This document shows positions 40,872-51,389 of a DNA stretch of 64,000 nucleotides, in pieces; within the stretch, counting starts at the first letter, position 1; each line of letters starts with the position of its first letter. The translations under genes and the position numbers were made by a program. Below the pieces are notes generated by a model, which was given only the letters and a program-made list of their open reading frames with translations, was not told the origin of the DNA and did not search any database. The stretch lies in contig CAWICC010000004.1 of the NCBI GenBank assembly GCA_963834535.1, forward strand, positions 1,179,966-1,243,965, given 5' to 3'. This DNA comes from an uncultured delta proteobacterium (lineage in GTDB: Bacteria; Desulfobacterota; Binatia; Binatales; Binataceae).

Positions 40872-41396
40872 TCAGGGCGTAGCGGTAGGCGAGGCGGCCG
40901 GCGACGGCAATTTGTACGTGTCGGGATTCGGCGGCAGCGCGGGCTTGGTCCGCGTAATCTCGACCTCGTTGGACGGTGCGCCGTAGTAGCCACCGCCGGC
41001 CTCCGAGATGATGGCGTAGCGATAACGGCTTCCCATCTCGGTCTCGCCGTCGAGGTAGCTGAAATTCTCTTCCACTTGGAATCGTTCCTGATCGGTCAGC
41101 GGGAATTTTACCAACGCTGTCAGCGGCCCGTCGCCATCGGCTCGCTTCAATACGAATCCATCCAAATCGTGCATCGCATGGCCGCCGACATAGTGGGTAG
41201 GTCGCGACCACGTCAGCTTGATGCCTCCGATCGCGGATTCGGCGCGCAGATCGAGGATGCGTTCGGGTGCGGCGTACTCGGGCGGTATCGGTGCGCTCTT
41301 AACACCGCATCCCGGGAGCGATATCCCAAGACCAACCGCGATCGCGATGGTCCCTATCGCGATGGTCCCTATCGCCCCCAGCTTTACTCGTGTCAT
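40872..41396 (-). CDS. lipoprotein (174 aa) between argH and lysA
   Basis: MTRVKLGAIGTIAIGTIAIAVGLGISLPGC (lipobox LPGC), followed by a beta-rich domain and a Pro-rich tail. It contains a 15-bp tandem duplication (41344-41358 and 41359-41373) encoding GTIAI-GTIAI. Confidence 0.65.
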   Translation of the reverse strand: MTRVKLGAIGTIAIGTIAIAVGLGISLPGCGVKSAPIPPEYAAPERILDLRAESAIGGIKLTWSRPTHYVGGHAMHDLDGFVLKRADGDGPLTALVKFPLTDQERFQVEENFSYLDGETEMGSRYRYAIISEAGGGYYGAPSNEVEITRTKPALPPNPDTYKLPSPAASPTATP

Positions 41397-41446
41397 CTGT
41401 GCGCCTTCGCTCCGCATTCGCCACTCCCCCTCATGCCCTTGCCGAA

Positions 41447-42901
41447 TCATCCGCGCCCGAGTTGCTTGAGCCGTCGGCGCACCGTCTCCGGCGCGGGCCC
41501 GCCAATCATTTTGCGCGCCCGCATTGAGCTTTCGGCATTGAGCGCAGCGATCGCGTCGGGGCCGAACTCAGCCGAATAGCGTTGCAGATCGGCGAGCGTC
41601 AATTCCGCAACCGTTCGATTCGCCGCCGCGGTGTCGCGCACCAGTGCGCCGACCGCTTCATGCGCTTCGCGAAATGGCGTCCCGCGTGCAACGAGGTATT
41701 CCGCCAGGTCGGTGGCGAGCGCAAAGCCGCCCGCCGCGGCGCGCATCGCGGATCGGTTGAAGCGAATTCGCGGCCACAGCTTCGTCACCAGGTCGAGGGC
41801 CGGCTTGATCGTGTCGATTGCGTCGAACACGCACTCCTTGTCCTCCTGCAGGTCCGAGTTGTACGCGAGCGGCAGCCCCTTGAGAATCGTTAGCATGGCC
41901 ACCAGGTCGCCGATCAGCCGGCCACTCTTGCCGCGTATCAGTTCAAGCAGGTCCGGGTTCTTTTTCTGCGGCATCATCGAGCTGCCGGTCGAAAATTCAT
42001 CGGGCAACTCGGCAAAGCCAAACTCCGTGCTGGTCCAGAGGATCAATTCCTCGGACATGCGCGACAAATGGACCGAGATCAGCGCAACGGCCGAGAGAAA
42101 ATCGACCGCGAAGTCGCGATCGGATACGGCGTCGATGGTATTCTCGGCGATCCGGCGAAAACCCAGCTCGCGCGCAACCATGTGCCGATCGATCCGCAGC
42201 GTCGATCCCGCCAGCGCTCCCGCTCCGAGCGGCATTACCGCGGTGCGCGCGAGCGCCTGCTCCAGGCGCTCGCGGTCGCGCCCGAGCATTTCCACGTAAG
42301 CGAGCAGATGATGGGCGAGCGAAACTGGCTGCGCGCGTTGCAGATGCGTATACCCGGGCATCACGGTTTCGACGTTGCCGTCCGCGACTTTGATCAACGC
42401 CGCGCGCAGTCCGCGCACCAGTCGGATCACTTCGGTGATTTCGTCGCGCAGGTACAGCCGGAAGTCGAGAGCCACCTGATCGTTGCGCGACCGCGCCGTA
42501 TGGAGTTTACCGCCCGCCGCGCCGATTTTCTCGATCAGCCGCCGCTCGATCGCCAGATGAATGTCCTCGTCCGCTAAATCGAACCGAAAGTCCCCGACGT
42601 TAATCTCGCGCTCGATTCCACGCAGACCCGCAACGATCTGTCGCGCTTCTTGCGCAGCAATAAGGCCGACCTTCGCGAGCATCCGCGCGTGCGCGATCGA
42701 GCCGAGAATATCGTGTCGATAGAGCCGCCGGTCGAACGGCAAGGATGCGCTGAAGGCCTCGACTTCGGGCAGGCGTGGCGCTTTGAAGCGGCTGCGGATG
42801 AGATTCTTGTTCGCGGTCGCGCGCGGCGTCCCAGCCGCGGTCTTCTTAGGCGGCGGCGTACTTGTGCGCTTGGGGGTTTTGATTTTGCGCCGCCCTTTCA
42901 T
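41447..42901 (-). CDS. argH: argininosuccinate lyase with a ~30-aa Lys/Pro-rich N-terminal extension
   Basis: 484 aa with the fumarate-lyase signature GSSMMPQKKNPD. The N-terminus is MKGRRKIKTPKRTSTPPPKKTAAGTPRATA, and there is no alternative in-frame start before the conserved region. Confidence 0.93.
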   Translation of the reverse strand: MKGRRKIKTPKRTSTPPPKKTAAGTPRATANKNLIRSRFKAPRLPEVEAFSASLPFDRRLYRHDILGSIAHARMLAKVGLIAAQEARQIVAGLRGIEREINVGDFRFDLADEDIHLAIERRLIEKIGAAGGKLHTARSRNDQVALDFRLYLRDEITEVIRLVRGLRAALIKVADGNVETVMPGYTHLQRAQPVSLAHHLLAYVEMLGRDRERLEQALARTAVMPLGAGALAGSTLRIDRHMVARELGFRRIAENTIDAVSDRDFAVDFLSAVALISVHLSRMSEELILWTSTEFGFAELPDEFSTGSSMMPQKKNPDLLELIRGKSGRLIGDLVAMLTILKGLPLAYNSDLQEDKECVFDAIDTIKPALDLVTKLWPRIRFNRSAMRAAAGGFALATDLAEYLVARGTPFREAHEAVGALVRDTAAANRTVAELTLADLQRYSAEFGPDAIAALNAESSMRARKMIGGPAPETVRRRLKQLGRG

Positions 42902-42976
42902 CGTGGAAGCACAGAGGTTGCCGGAATTGTGTAGCGCACGCCATCGCCGCGAGGATTAACTTGAGCACCACCGCCG

Positions 42977-43144
42977 TCAGCGTTGCGGCTGCGAGCGGCA
43001 GGTGCATCCTCGCGCCGCACATGCCATCACGCCGTTTGGATGGGTCATGTGTACATCCATCTTATGGCCGCATTTCGGGCATTCGCCCGTGCGCACACGC
43101 GGCACCAGCTTCGGCCCGGTGCGCGGCGGCTTGAATTGAATCAC
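42977..43144 (-). CDS. small Cys-rich (zinc-ribbon-like) ORF, 55 aa, between argG and argH; not in the supplied ORF track
   Basis: My translation from the GTG (rc of cac at 43142-43144) gives MIQFKPPRTGPKLVPRVRTGECPKCGHKMDVHMTHPNGVMACAARGCTCRSQPQR*. It has a CxxC plus a C-x4-C-x-C cluster. About three-quarters of third codon positions are G/C, as in neighbouring genes. It fills most of the argG-argH gap. Confidence 0.4.
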   Translation of the reverse strand: MIQFKPPRTGPKLVPRVRTGECPKCGHKMDVHMTHPNGVMACAARGCTCRSQPQR

Positions 43145-43180
43145 CTTACCCAATACTGGATTTTCCTTTGCGCCACACTA

Positions 43181-44407
<1,227 letters not shown>

Positions 44408-44461
44408 CCGAATAGTTACTTACCATCAACTTCTAATCGAAGTCAGCGGTGTTCCATCTGC

Positions 44462-45412
44462 TTAGATTTGCGATGACGCCGGCGTTCCCTGGTGGGTCAG
44501 TATTTCGGGCCGCAGCAGCCATACCATCACGGCCTTTTGCGCGTGCAACCGGTTCTCCGCCTGTTCCAGCACCACCGATTGCGGACCGTCCAGCACCTCG
44601 TCGGTGATTTCCTCGCCCCGATGGGCGGGCAAGCAATGCATCACGACCGCACTCGGCTTCGCATGCTTCATGAGTGATCGATTTACCTGGTAATCCTTGA
44701 ATTCGCGGCGCCGCTTCGCCGCTTCGCCCTCCTGTCCCATCGAGGTCCACGTATCGGTGTAGACCACGTCGGCATCCTTCACCGCCGCGACCGCGTCGTG
44801 TGTGATGGTGCCGCGCCGCTCATTATTCAGTCGCGCAACGAACTCGTGGCCCGGCGCGTAATCCGGCGGGCATGCGATCCACAGCTCAAAATGGATCGCA
44901 GCAGCCGCCTCGATCCAGCTTTGCGCCAGGTTGAAGCCGTCGCCGACGAAAGCGATCTTGAGCTTGTACAGTTCCCCGTACCGCTCGCGCAGCGTCATCA
45001 GATCGGCGAGTAACTGGCACGGATGGAGTAAGTCGGTGAGCCCATTGATTACCGGCACCGTCGCTTCCCGCGCCAATTCGACGCAAGTCGCATGGGCGAA
45101 CGTGCGTATCATTATGAGGTCAACCCAGCGCGAGAGGTTGCGCGCGACGTCCTTGGCCGACTCTCGCTCGCCAATGCCGATATCCTGCGGCGCCAGGTAA
45201 ATCGCATGGCCGCCGAGTTGCGCCATCCCGGTTTCGAAGGTGATGCGCGTCCGCAGCGACGGTTTCTGGAAGATCATCGCAAGCGTCCTGCCGCGCAGGT
45301 ACGGATGTTCAAGGCCGCTCTTGAGTTCGGCCTTGAGCCGAATCCCGAGCCTTAACAGGCCATCGAGCTCCGCCGTGGTCAGCGAGCTTAAGTCGAGTAA
45401 ATCGCGTTTCAT
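44462..45412 (-). CDS. argF: ornithine carbamoyltransferase
   Basis: 316 aa. carbamoyl-phosphate motif SLRTR, HPCQ, and HCLPAHRGEE. Confidence 0.88.
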   Translation of the reverse strand: MKRDLLDLSSLTTAELDGLLRLGIRLKAELKSGLEHPYLRGRTLAMIFQKPSLRTRITFETGMAQLGGHAIYLAPQDIGIGERESAKDVARNLSRWVDLIMIRTFAHATCVELAREATVPVINGLTDLLHPCQLLADLMTLRERYGELYKLKIAFVGDGFNLAQSWIEAAAAIHFELWIACPPDYAPGHEFVARLNNERRGTITHDAVAAVKDADVVYTDTWTSMGQEGEAAKRRREFKDYQVNRSLMKHAKPSAVVMHCLPAHRGEEITDEVLDGPQSVVLEQAENRLHAQKAVMVWLLRPEILTHQGTPASSQI

Positions 45413-45523
45413 CGAAACTGTGCTGGCGCTCTCGCGCCGCGCCTATCTTAACGCATTTCCACCCACGGTCATCTACCGTCCTGCGATTACTCAAGACACC
45501 CTTTGGTTTGGATTCCGGGCAGG

Positions 45524-46726
45524 TCAGACCGCCTTGGCGGCAGCGGCTGCGGTGCGCAGCGCGCGCTCGATAATCGCCAGCCCGGAGTCGGCTTCTTCCC
45601 GCGTCAGGTTAAGCGGCGGCAGCAGGCGCAGAACGTTGTCGGCGGTGCCGTTCACGAGCAGGTGTTCCTTCAAACACTCATCGACCACGCTTTTCGCAGG
45701 ATGCGTCAGGACCGCGCCAATTATCGCGCCCTTGCCGCGAACTTCGCGCACGTTGCCGGTGGTCTTGCCGATCTCGCTCAGCCGGTCGATCAGGTAGCCG
45801 CCGATCGCCGCCGCGTTCTCGATCACGCCGTCCTGTTCCAGCGCATCGATCACCGCCATCGCAGCCGCGCAGGCTATCGGATTGCCGCCGAAGGTTGAGC
45901 CGTGCGTCCCTGGCGTCATCACCGACGCGATTTCGGACTTCGCCACCATCGCCCCGATCGGCACGCCGCCGCCCAGCGCCTTCGCCAGCGTGATGATGTC
46001 GGGCTTGATCCCCGCATGCTGGTAGCCGAACATCTTGCCGCTGCGGCCCATCCCGACCTGCACCTCGTCCACGATCAGCAGGATGCTCGCGCGATCGCAG
46101 AGGTCGCGCAGCCGCGCCAGGTAGTCCGCTCGCGGGACCACCACGCCGCCCTCGCCCTGAATCGGCTCGACGATCACTGCGACGGTGGTCTTGTTGATGG
46201 TCCGCTCGACCGCCGCAACGTCGTCGAAATCGACGGTCTTGAAGCCGGGCAGCAAGGGCTGAAATCCTTGGTGATACTTCTCCTGGCCAGTGGCGCTCAG
46301 CGTCCCCATCGTACGGCCATGGAACGATCCGAGCGTCGTGATTATTTCATAGCGCCCGGTCCCGTGGCCCCAGCGGCGCGCGAGCTTGATCGCGGCTTCG
46401 TTCGCTTCGGCGCCTGAATTGCCAAAGAATACACGCCCGTCGCCGAAGAGCCGGCTAAGGCGCGAGGCCAGGCGCGCCATCGGCTCCGTATGAAACACGT
46501 TGGAAACGTGCGTCAGTTTTTCGGCTTGCTCGCGGATCGCGCGCACCACCCGGGGATGACTGTGACCGAGGCTGGTCACAGCCAGGCCGCAGAAAAAATC
46601 GAGATAGCGATTGCCGTCGGCGTCGTAGAGATATGCGCCGTTGCCGCGCACGAAGGCGAGCGGGGTGCAGCCGTAGGTGTTGAGCAGGCTGGAATGAGCA
46701 AGGTCAACAATTTCCGCGTTGTTCAT
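45524..46726 (-). CDS. argD: acetylornithine aminotransferase (class III)
   Basis: 400 aa. GNSGAEANEAAIKLAR, DEVQVGMGRSGK, and PLP Lys context ITLAKALGGG. Confidence 0.9.
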   Translation of the reverse strand: MNNAEIVDLAHSSLLNTYGCTPLAFVRGNGAYLYDADGNRYLDFFCGLAVTSLGHSHPRVVRAIREQAEKLTHVSNVFHTEPMARLASRLSRLFGDGRVFFGNSGAEANEAAIKLARRWGHGTGRYEIITTLGSFHGRTMGTLSATGQEKYHQGFQPLLPGFKTVDFDDVAAVERTINKTTVAVIVEPIQGEGGVVVPRADYLARLRDLCDRASILLIVDEVQVGMGRSGKMFGYQHAGIKPDIITLAKALGGGVPIGAMVAKSEIASVMTPGTHGSTFGGNPIACAAAMAVIDALEQDGVIENAAAIGGYLIDRLSEIGKTTGNVREVRGKGAIIGAVLTHPAKSVVDECLKEHLLVNGTADNVLRLLPPLNLTREEADSGLAIIERALRTAAAAAKAV

Positions 46727-46838
46727 CTCGATTTTCTCGCCCGGCGTCGTCCAAAATGGGTTTGTTTTGAAATTTCCGGGTTTCGCCGGGATTTCAGGCT
46801 CAGCGCTCCTACCGCAGCGCCGCGTCGACTATAGCAGA

Positions 46839-47777
46839 TCAGCCGCTCGCGCGTGTGACAGACCTGGGCGGTTTGCCCAGCGCGCCCGCGCGCGTCAATT
46901 GCTGAACAATCTCGGTACCGACGCCGGCATCGCTGAAAACCTCGAGCAGCACCGCGTGCGCCACCCGTCCATCGATCACGTGCGCGCGGGCGACTCCGGC
47001 GCTCAGCGCGTCGAGGCAGCACTCCACTTTGGGAATCATGCCCTCGCCAATGGTGCCGCTGGAAATCATCTTGCGTGTTCGCGCGGCATCAAGCGACGGC
47101 AGCAGCTTGCCCTTGCCGTCCTTCACGCCCTCAACGTCGGTCAGCAGGATCAATTTTTCGGCCTTGAGCGCGCTGGCGATCGCGCCTGCCGCCACGTCGG
47201 CGTTGATATTGAAAGTCGCGCCCGCGCGGTCGTGTCCGATCGGTGCAATGACCGGGATGAATCCGGCGTCGCGCAGCGTTCCGAGGACAGCAGGATTGAC
47301 CGCCGCGACCTCGCCGACCAGCCCGACATCGACCTCGGTGCGGCGGCCGTTGTCGCCCTTCACGATCATTTTGAGCTTGCGTGCGATGATCAGATCGCCG
47401 TCTTTGCCGGAGAGGCCGACGGCGCGGCCGCCCTGGCGCGAAATCAGCGCAACGATTTCCTTGCTGATCTTCTGGAGCACCATCTCGACCGCGTCCATCG
47501 TGGGGGCGTCGGTCACGCGCATGCCGCGCACGAAGCTGGACTTGAGCCCGAGCTTTTCGATCAACTGGTTAATCTGGGGGCCGCCGCCGTGCACCACGAC
47601 CGGATTGATGCCGACCGCCTGCAGCAGCACGATGTCCTGCGCAAACCCCTCTCGCAGCTCCGGCGAAAGCATCGCATGGCCGCCGTACTTGATAACGAAG
47701 GTCTTGGCGCGAAATCGCTGTATATAAGGTAGCGCCTCGACCAGGCCGCGCGCTCTTTCCAAGATTTCCAACCGCAC
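46839..47777 (-). CDS. argB: acetylglutamate kinase
   Basis: 312 aa with a GTG start. [20 protein letters not shown] and [12 protein letters not shown]. Confidence 0.93.
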   Translation of the reverse strand: MRLEILERARGLVEALPYIQRFRAKTFVIKYGGHAMLSPELREGFAQDIVLLQAVGINPVVVHGGGPQINQLIEKLGLKSSFVRGMRVTDAPTMDAVEMVLQKISKEIVALISRQGGRAVGLSGKDGDLIIARKLKMIVKGDNGRRTEVDVGLVGEVAAVNPAVLGTLRDAGFIPVIAPIGHDRAGATFNINADVAAGAIASALKAEKLILLTDVEGVKDGKGKLLPSLDAARTRKMISSGTIGEGMIPKVECCLDALSAGVARAHVIDGRVAHAVLLEVFSDAGVGTEIVQQLTRAGALGKPPRSVTRASG

Positions 47778-47795
47778 CTCGCAGGGTCTATATTT

Positions 47796-47870
47796 TAATG
47801 CGCAATTCGCAGAAACGTTCCTCGACGCAGCTCGCAGAAACGCATTCTAATGCGCACCTGGCAGACTCGT
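47796..47870. promoter_or_regulatory. repeat-rich leader upstream of argB: TAATGCGCA x2, TCGCAGAAACG x2, plus an 18-mer shared with 35993-36010
   Basis: TAATGCGCA at 47796-47804 and 47848-47856. TCGCAGAAACG at 47807-47817 and 47832-47842. CGCATT-N2-AATGCG inverted repeat at 47841-47854. CGCACCTGGCAGACTCGT at 47853-47870. This is a possible operator region; the binding factor is unknown. Confidence 0.45.
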
Positions 47871-47986
47871 CAGCTCGTTTCGCTGTGCTCCACTAGAGAG
47901 CTCGGCTCGCAGGCTCGCCTAGTGTATGCGCCGCAAGTCGCGGCACTGAGCGCCATCGGTTTGCAAATCCGCGCACGAGTGGCGGA

Positions 47987-49363
47987 TCAGAGTATGTAGC
48001 GCGACAGATCTTCGTTGCGCACAATCGGATCGAGCCGCTGATGAACGTAGGCGGCGTCGATCGGAATGGTCTGGCCGGTGAGTTCGGGCGCATTGAAGGA
48101 GAGCTCCTCGACCAGCCGTTCGAGCACCGTATGCAATCGGCGCGCGCCGATATTTTCCGATCGTGCGTTGACCTGCGCCGCAATCTCCGCGAGCGCCGAG
48201 ATGGCGTCTGCGCTGAAGCTCAGGTGGACGTTTTCGGTCTCCAGTAAGGCCACGTATTGCCTGGTCAGGGCGTTTTCGGGCTCCGTCAGGATGCGGATAA
48301 AGTCGGGCTTGGTCAAGGCCTGGAGCTCGACGCGGATCGGAAAGCGGCCCTGGAATTCGGGGATCAGGTCCGACGGCTTCGAGGTGTGAAAAGCGCCGGA
48401 GGCGACGAACAGGATATGGTCCGTGCGGACGGCGCCGTACTTGGTGTTGACGGTGGATCCTTCGACGATCGGCAGCAAGTCGCGCTGCACGCCCTCACGC
48501 GAGACGTCGGGACCGCGAGCCGATTCGCGCCCCGCAATCTTGTCGATCTCGTCGATGAAAACGATGCCGGACTGCTCCGCGCGATGGATCGCCTCGCGCG
48601 CGACGTTCTCCATATCGACCAGCCGCGCCGCTTCTTCCTGGGTGAGGATTTCAAGCGCCTCCGGCACTTTGACCTTACGCTGGCGCGATTTCTTGGGCAT
48701 GATCTGGCTCAGGATGTCCTTCATATTGGCGCCCATCTCTTCCATCCCCTGGGGCGTCAGGACCTCCAGCGTGGGGGTCGCCTGCGAAGTCATTTCGACT
48801 TCGACCTCGCGCTCATTGAGATAGCCGTCACGCAAGAGCTTGCGCAGCTTTTCGCGGGTCTCGCCGTGCGAATCGCTCTCCGCCAGATGCAAGCCGCCCT
48901 CGGACGAATGGGTCGCGGCGCGGCGGGTCTTGCCCGGTGACGCCGGATAAAGGATGTCCAGCAGGCGCTCCTCGGCCGCCTCCTTAGCCTTGATCTTGAC
49001 CCGTTCGCGCTCCTCGTCGCGCACCATCTTGACGGCGATTTCGGCCAGGTCGCGGATCATCGATTCGACGTCGCGGCCGACGTAACCGACCTCGGTGTAG
49101 CGGGAGGCCTCGACCTTGACAAAGGGGGCCTGTGCAAGCTTGGCGAGGCGCCGCGCGATTTCGGTCTTGCCGACTCCGGTGGGACCGATCATCAGGATAT
49201 TTTTAGGGGCGATCTCGTCGCGCAGATCGGGTGCGACATTTTGCCGGCGCCATCGATTACGCAGCGCGATCGCGACCGCCCGTTTGGCGTCGTGCTGGCC
49301 GACGATATAGCGATCGAGTTCCGAAACGATCTCGCGCGGGGTCATTACACTGGGATATTCCAT
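47987..49363 (-). CDS. hslU: ATP-dependent protease ATPase subunit HslU
   Basis: 458 aa. [17 protein letters not shown], Walker [16 protein letters not shown], and [10 protein letters not shown]. Confidence 0.95.
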   Translation of the reverse strand: MEYPSVMTPREIVSELDRYIVGQHDAKRAVAIALRNRWRRQNVAPDLRDEIAPKNILMIGPTGVGKTEIARRLAKLAQAPFVKVEASRYTEVGYVGRDVESMIRDLAEIAVKMVRDEERERVKIKAKEAAEERLLDILYPASPGKTRRAATHSSEGGLHLAESDSHGETREKLRKLLRDGYLNEREVEVEMTSQATPTLEVLTPQGMEEMGANMKDILSQIMPKKSRQRKVKVPEALEILTQEEAARLVDMENVAREAIHRAEQSGIVFIDEIDKIAGRESARGPDVSREGVQRDLLPIVEGSTVNTKYGAVRTDHILFVASGAFHTSKPSDLIPEFQGRFPIRVELQALTKPDFIRILTEPENALTRQYVALLETENVHLSFSADAISALAEIAAQVNARSENIGARRLHTVLERLVEELSFNAPELTGQTIPIDAAYVHQRLDPIVRNEDLSRYIL

Positions 49364-49452
49364 GATTTCAGTGCTGATTGAAGCAGCCTTTGCGGATTGG
49401 TCCGGCGCTGCGCCCCTCCGCCTCGCCGATTCTTCGCATGCCGGCGTTCGAC

Positions 49453-50022
49453 CTACAACTCCTCGATATTAAACTGGTCATTGGTGTACACGCAGATCTC
49501 GGATGCGATTTTCATCGCACTTTCGGCGATTTGGCGCGCACTCAGGTCATTGCCATGGCGGATCAAAGCGCGGGCCGCTGCCAGTGCGTAATTGCCGCCC
49601 GATCCGATGGCGATAATGCCGTCGTCGGGCTCGATTACATCGCCCGCTCCCGAGATTAACAGGGTGCTCTCGGCATCGGCGACGATGAGCATCGCTTCGA
49701 GCCGCCGCAGGACGCGATCGGTTCGCCAATCCTTCGCCATCTCGACGGCCGCCCGCCGCAGGTTACCGTTGAACTCCTGCAGCTTGCCCTCGAACTTGTC
49801 GAACAGGGTCAGGGCGTCGGCAGTGGAACCGGCGAAGCCGGAAAGAATGGCGCCATTGTGCAGCCGGCGGACCTTGCGCGCACCCTGCTTCATTATGGTC
49901 TGGCCTACGCTCACCTGTCCGTCCCCCGCCATCACGACTTTACCGCCGTGACGAACGGCCAGAATGGTCGTCGCGCGGACTTTGCCGCCGACGGCACCGG
50001 GGTCAGGCTCGTGGATGGGCAC
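49453..50022 (-). CDS. hslV: ATP-dependent protease subunit HslV, with a 17-residue N-terminal extension before the TTI catalytic Thr
   Basis: 189 aa with a GTG start and AAGAGG upstream. [38 protein letters not shown]. No alternative in-frame start codon lies closer to the Thr. The gene overlaps the xerC 3' end by 20 nt. Confidence 0.9.
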   Translation of the reverse strand: MPIHEPDPGAVGGKVRATTILAVRHGGKVVMAGDGQVSVGQTIMKQGARKVRRLHNGAILSGFAGSTADALTLFDKFEGKLQEFNGNLRRAAVEMAKDWRTDRVLRRLEAMLIVADAESTLLISGAGDVIEPDDGIIAIGSGGNYALAAARALIRHGNDLSARQIAESAMKIASEICVYTNDQFNIEEL

Positions 50023-50908
50023 GTCGATATACCTCTTTGAGTCGATTCACGCTGACATGAGTATAGCGCTGCGTGGTCTGCAGACTCGAATGCCCGAGCA
50101 TCTCCTGGATGGATCGCAAGTCGGCGCCGCCGTTGAGCATGTGGGTGGCGAAACAATGGCGCAAGCCATGGGGAGTTAGCGGAGTATCGATACCGGCGTC
50201 GATCAAGCGTCGCGCGACGATGGTCTGCACCGATCGCGGAGTGAGCCGGCCGCCGCGCAAGTTTGTGATGACGGCGGTGTCGAGCGACCACGCCGACGGC
50301 ATCACGGCACGCCAGGCCTTGAGCGCGTCGAGCGCCGGTTCGCCCACGGGGACGAGGCGATCCTTGTTGCCTTTGCCCGCCCGCACCATCACCATTCCAA
50401 GATCGTCGTCGATATCGCGCCAGTTGAGGCGCGTCAATTCGCTCACGCGGAGGCCGGAGGAATAGAGCACCTCGAGAATGGCGCGGTCGCGTAGAGCGGC
50501 AGGACCTTCGAGGCGGCCCTCGGCTTCGACGAGGCGCGCAGCGTCCTTTTCACCAACCACCTGTGGCAGGCGCTTTTCGGTCTTGATTGAGCGCATCGTG
50601 CGCACCGGATTCTCGGCGTCCATGGTGAGCGAACGCCAGCGAAAGTAGGCCTTGATCGCGAACAGCCGGCGCTGAACCGTAGCGCGGCTGGTGTGATCCA
50701 TCACGACTTTGAGGTATCCGCGCACGTGGTCGGCGGTGATTTTCCCGGGCATGACGCAGTCACCGGCAGGGTCGAGGGTGGAGGGCGCGCGATCGCAGAG
50801 ATAGCGGTTGAAATCCTCAAGGTCGTGGCGGTAGGCGGTCACGGTGTTGGCGGCGGCACGCGAGGCCTTACCCAAGGCGGCGGCAAAGGCTTCTATCTCT
50901 CCGATCAC
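50003..50908 (-). CDS. xerC: tyrosine recombinase XerC/XerD family (xerC-hslVU synteny)
   Basis: 301 aa. [23 protein letters not shown], and [14 protein letters not shown] with the catalytic Tyr. Confidence 0.85.
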   Translation of the reverse strand: MIGEIEAFAAALGKASRAAANTVTAYRHDLEDFNRYLCDRAPSTLDPAGDCVMPGKITADHVRGYLKVVMDHTSRATVQRRLFAIKAYFRWRSLTMDAENPVRTMRSIKTEKRLPQVVGEKDAARLVEAEGRLEGPAALRDRAILEVLYSSGLRVSELTRLNWRDIDDDLGMVMVRAGKGNKDRLVPVGEPALDALKAWRAVMPSAWSLDTAVITNLRGGRLTPRSVQTIVARRLIDAGIDTPLTPHGLRHCFATHMLNGGADLRSIQEMLGHSSLQTTQRYTHVSVNRLKEVYRRAHPRA

Positions 50909-51053
50909 AATTCGCTACCTCGCCCCGAGGGGCCTGCACGGGCTATGCTATCAGGCGCCTCACGAGGGCAATAGACGATGCGGGCGCCGGTGCGATGGAC
51001 GGGTCGAAGGAGACGAGCGGGGACTTAGAAGAGGACTGCGTGAACGTGAGGCC

Positions 51054-51356
51054 ATGAACTGCTTTCATTGCGGACGGGAAATTATCTTCCAGGGTCCAGC
51101 CGGGCAAGATCGGATCGGCTTTCGGGAGCGCTGCGCCCAATGCGATCGGCCGCTTCATGCCTGCCTGAATTGCGGCTTCTACGATCGCACTTACAACAAT
51201 CAATGCCGCGAGAGCCAGGCGGAGCGCGTGGTGGATAAAGATCGGTTTAACTTCTGCGAGTATTTTCGCCCGCGCGCAACGGGCGGCGCCAAGCCGGCGC
51301 CGCCTGCCGCCGACGGGCGGGCAAAACTGGACGCCCTGTTCAGGAAGAAAACTTAG
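51054..51356 (+). CDS. small Cys-rich hypothetical protein (zinc-ribbon-like)
   Basis: MNCFHCGREIIF..CAQCDRPLHACLNCGFYD..NQCRE..FCEYF, 100 aa. The start is taken at the internal ATG of ORF 50844..51356. Confidence 0.55.
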   Translation: MNCFHCGREIIFQGPAGQDRIGFRERCAQCDRPLHACLNCGFYDRTYNNQCRESQAERVVDKDRFNFCEYFRPRATGGAKPAPPAADGRAKLDALFRKKT

Positions 51357-51389
51357 AGGGAGATCTCTCGCGAGACCTGATTCCGATCC

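Noticed and set aside
50003-50908. Tyrosine recombinase considered as a phage or integrative-element integrase.
   Set aside because: It is Xer-type in length and motifs and sits in the conserved xerC-hslV-hslU arrangement. There are no adjacent tRNA, att-like repeats, or phage or mobile genes.
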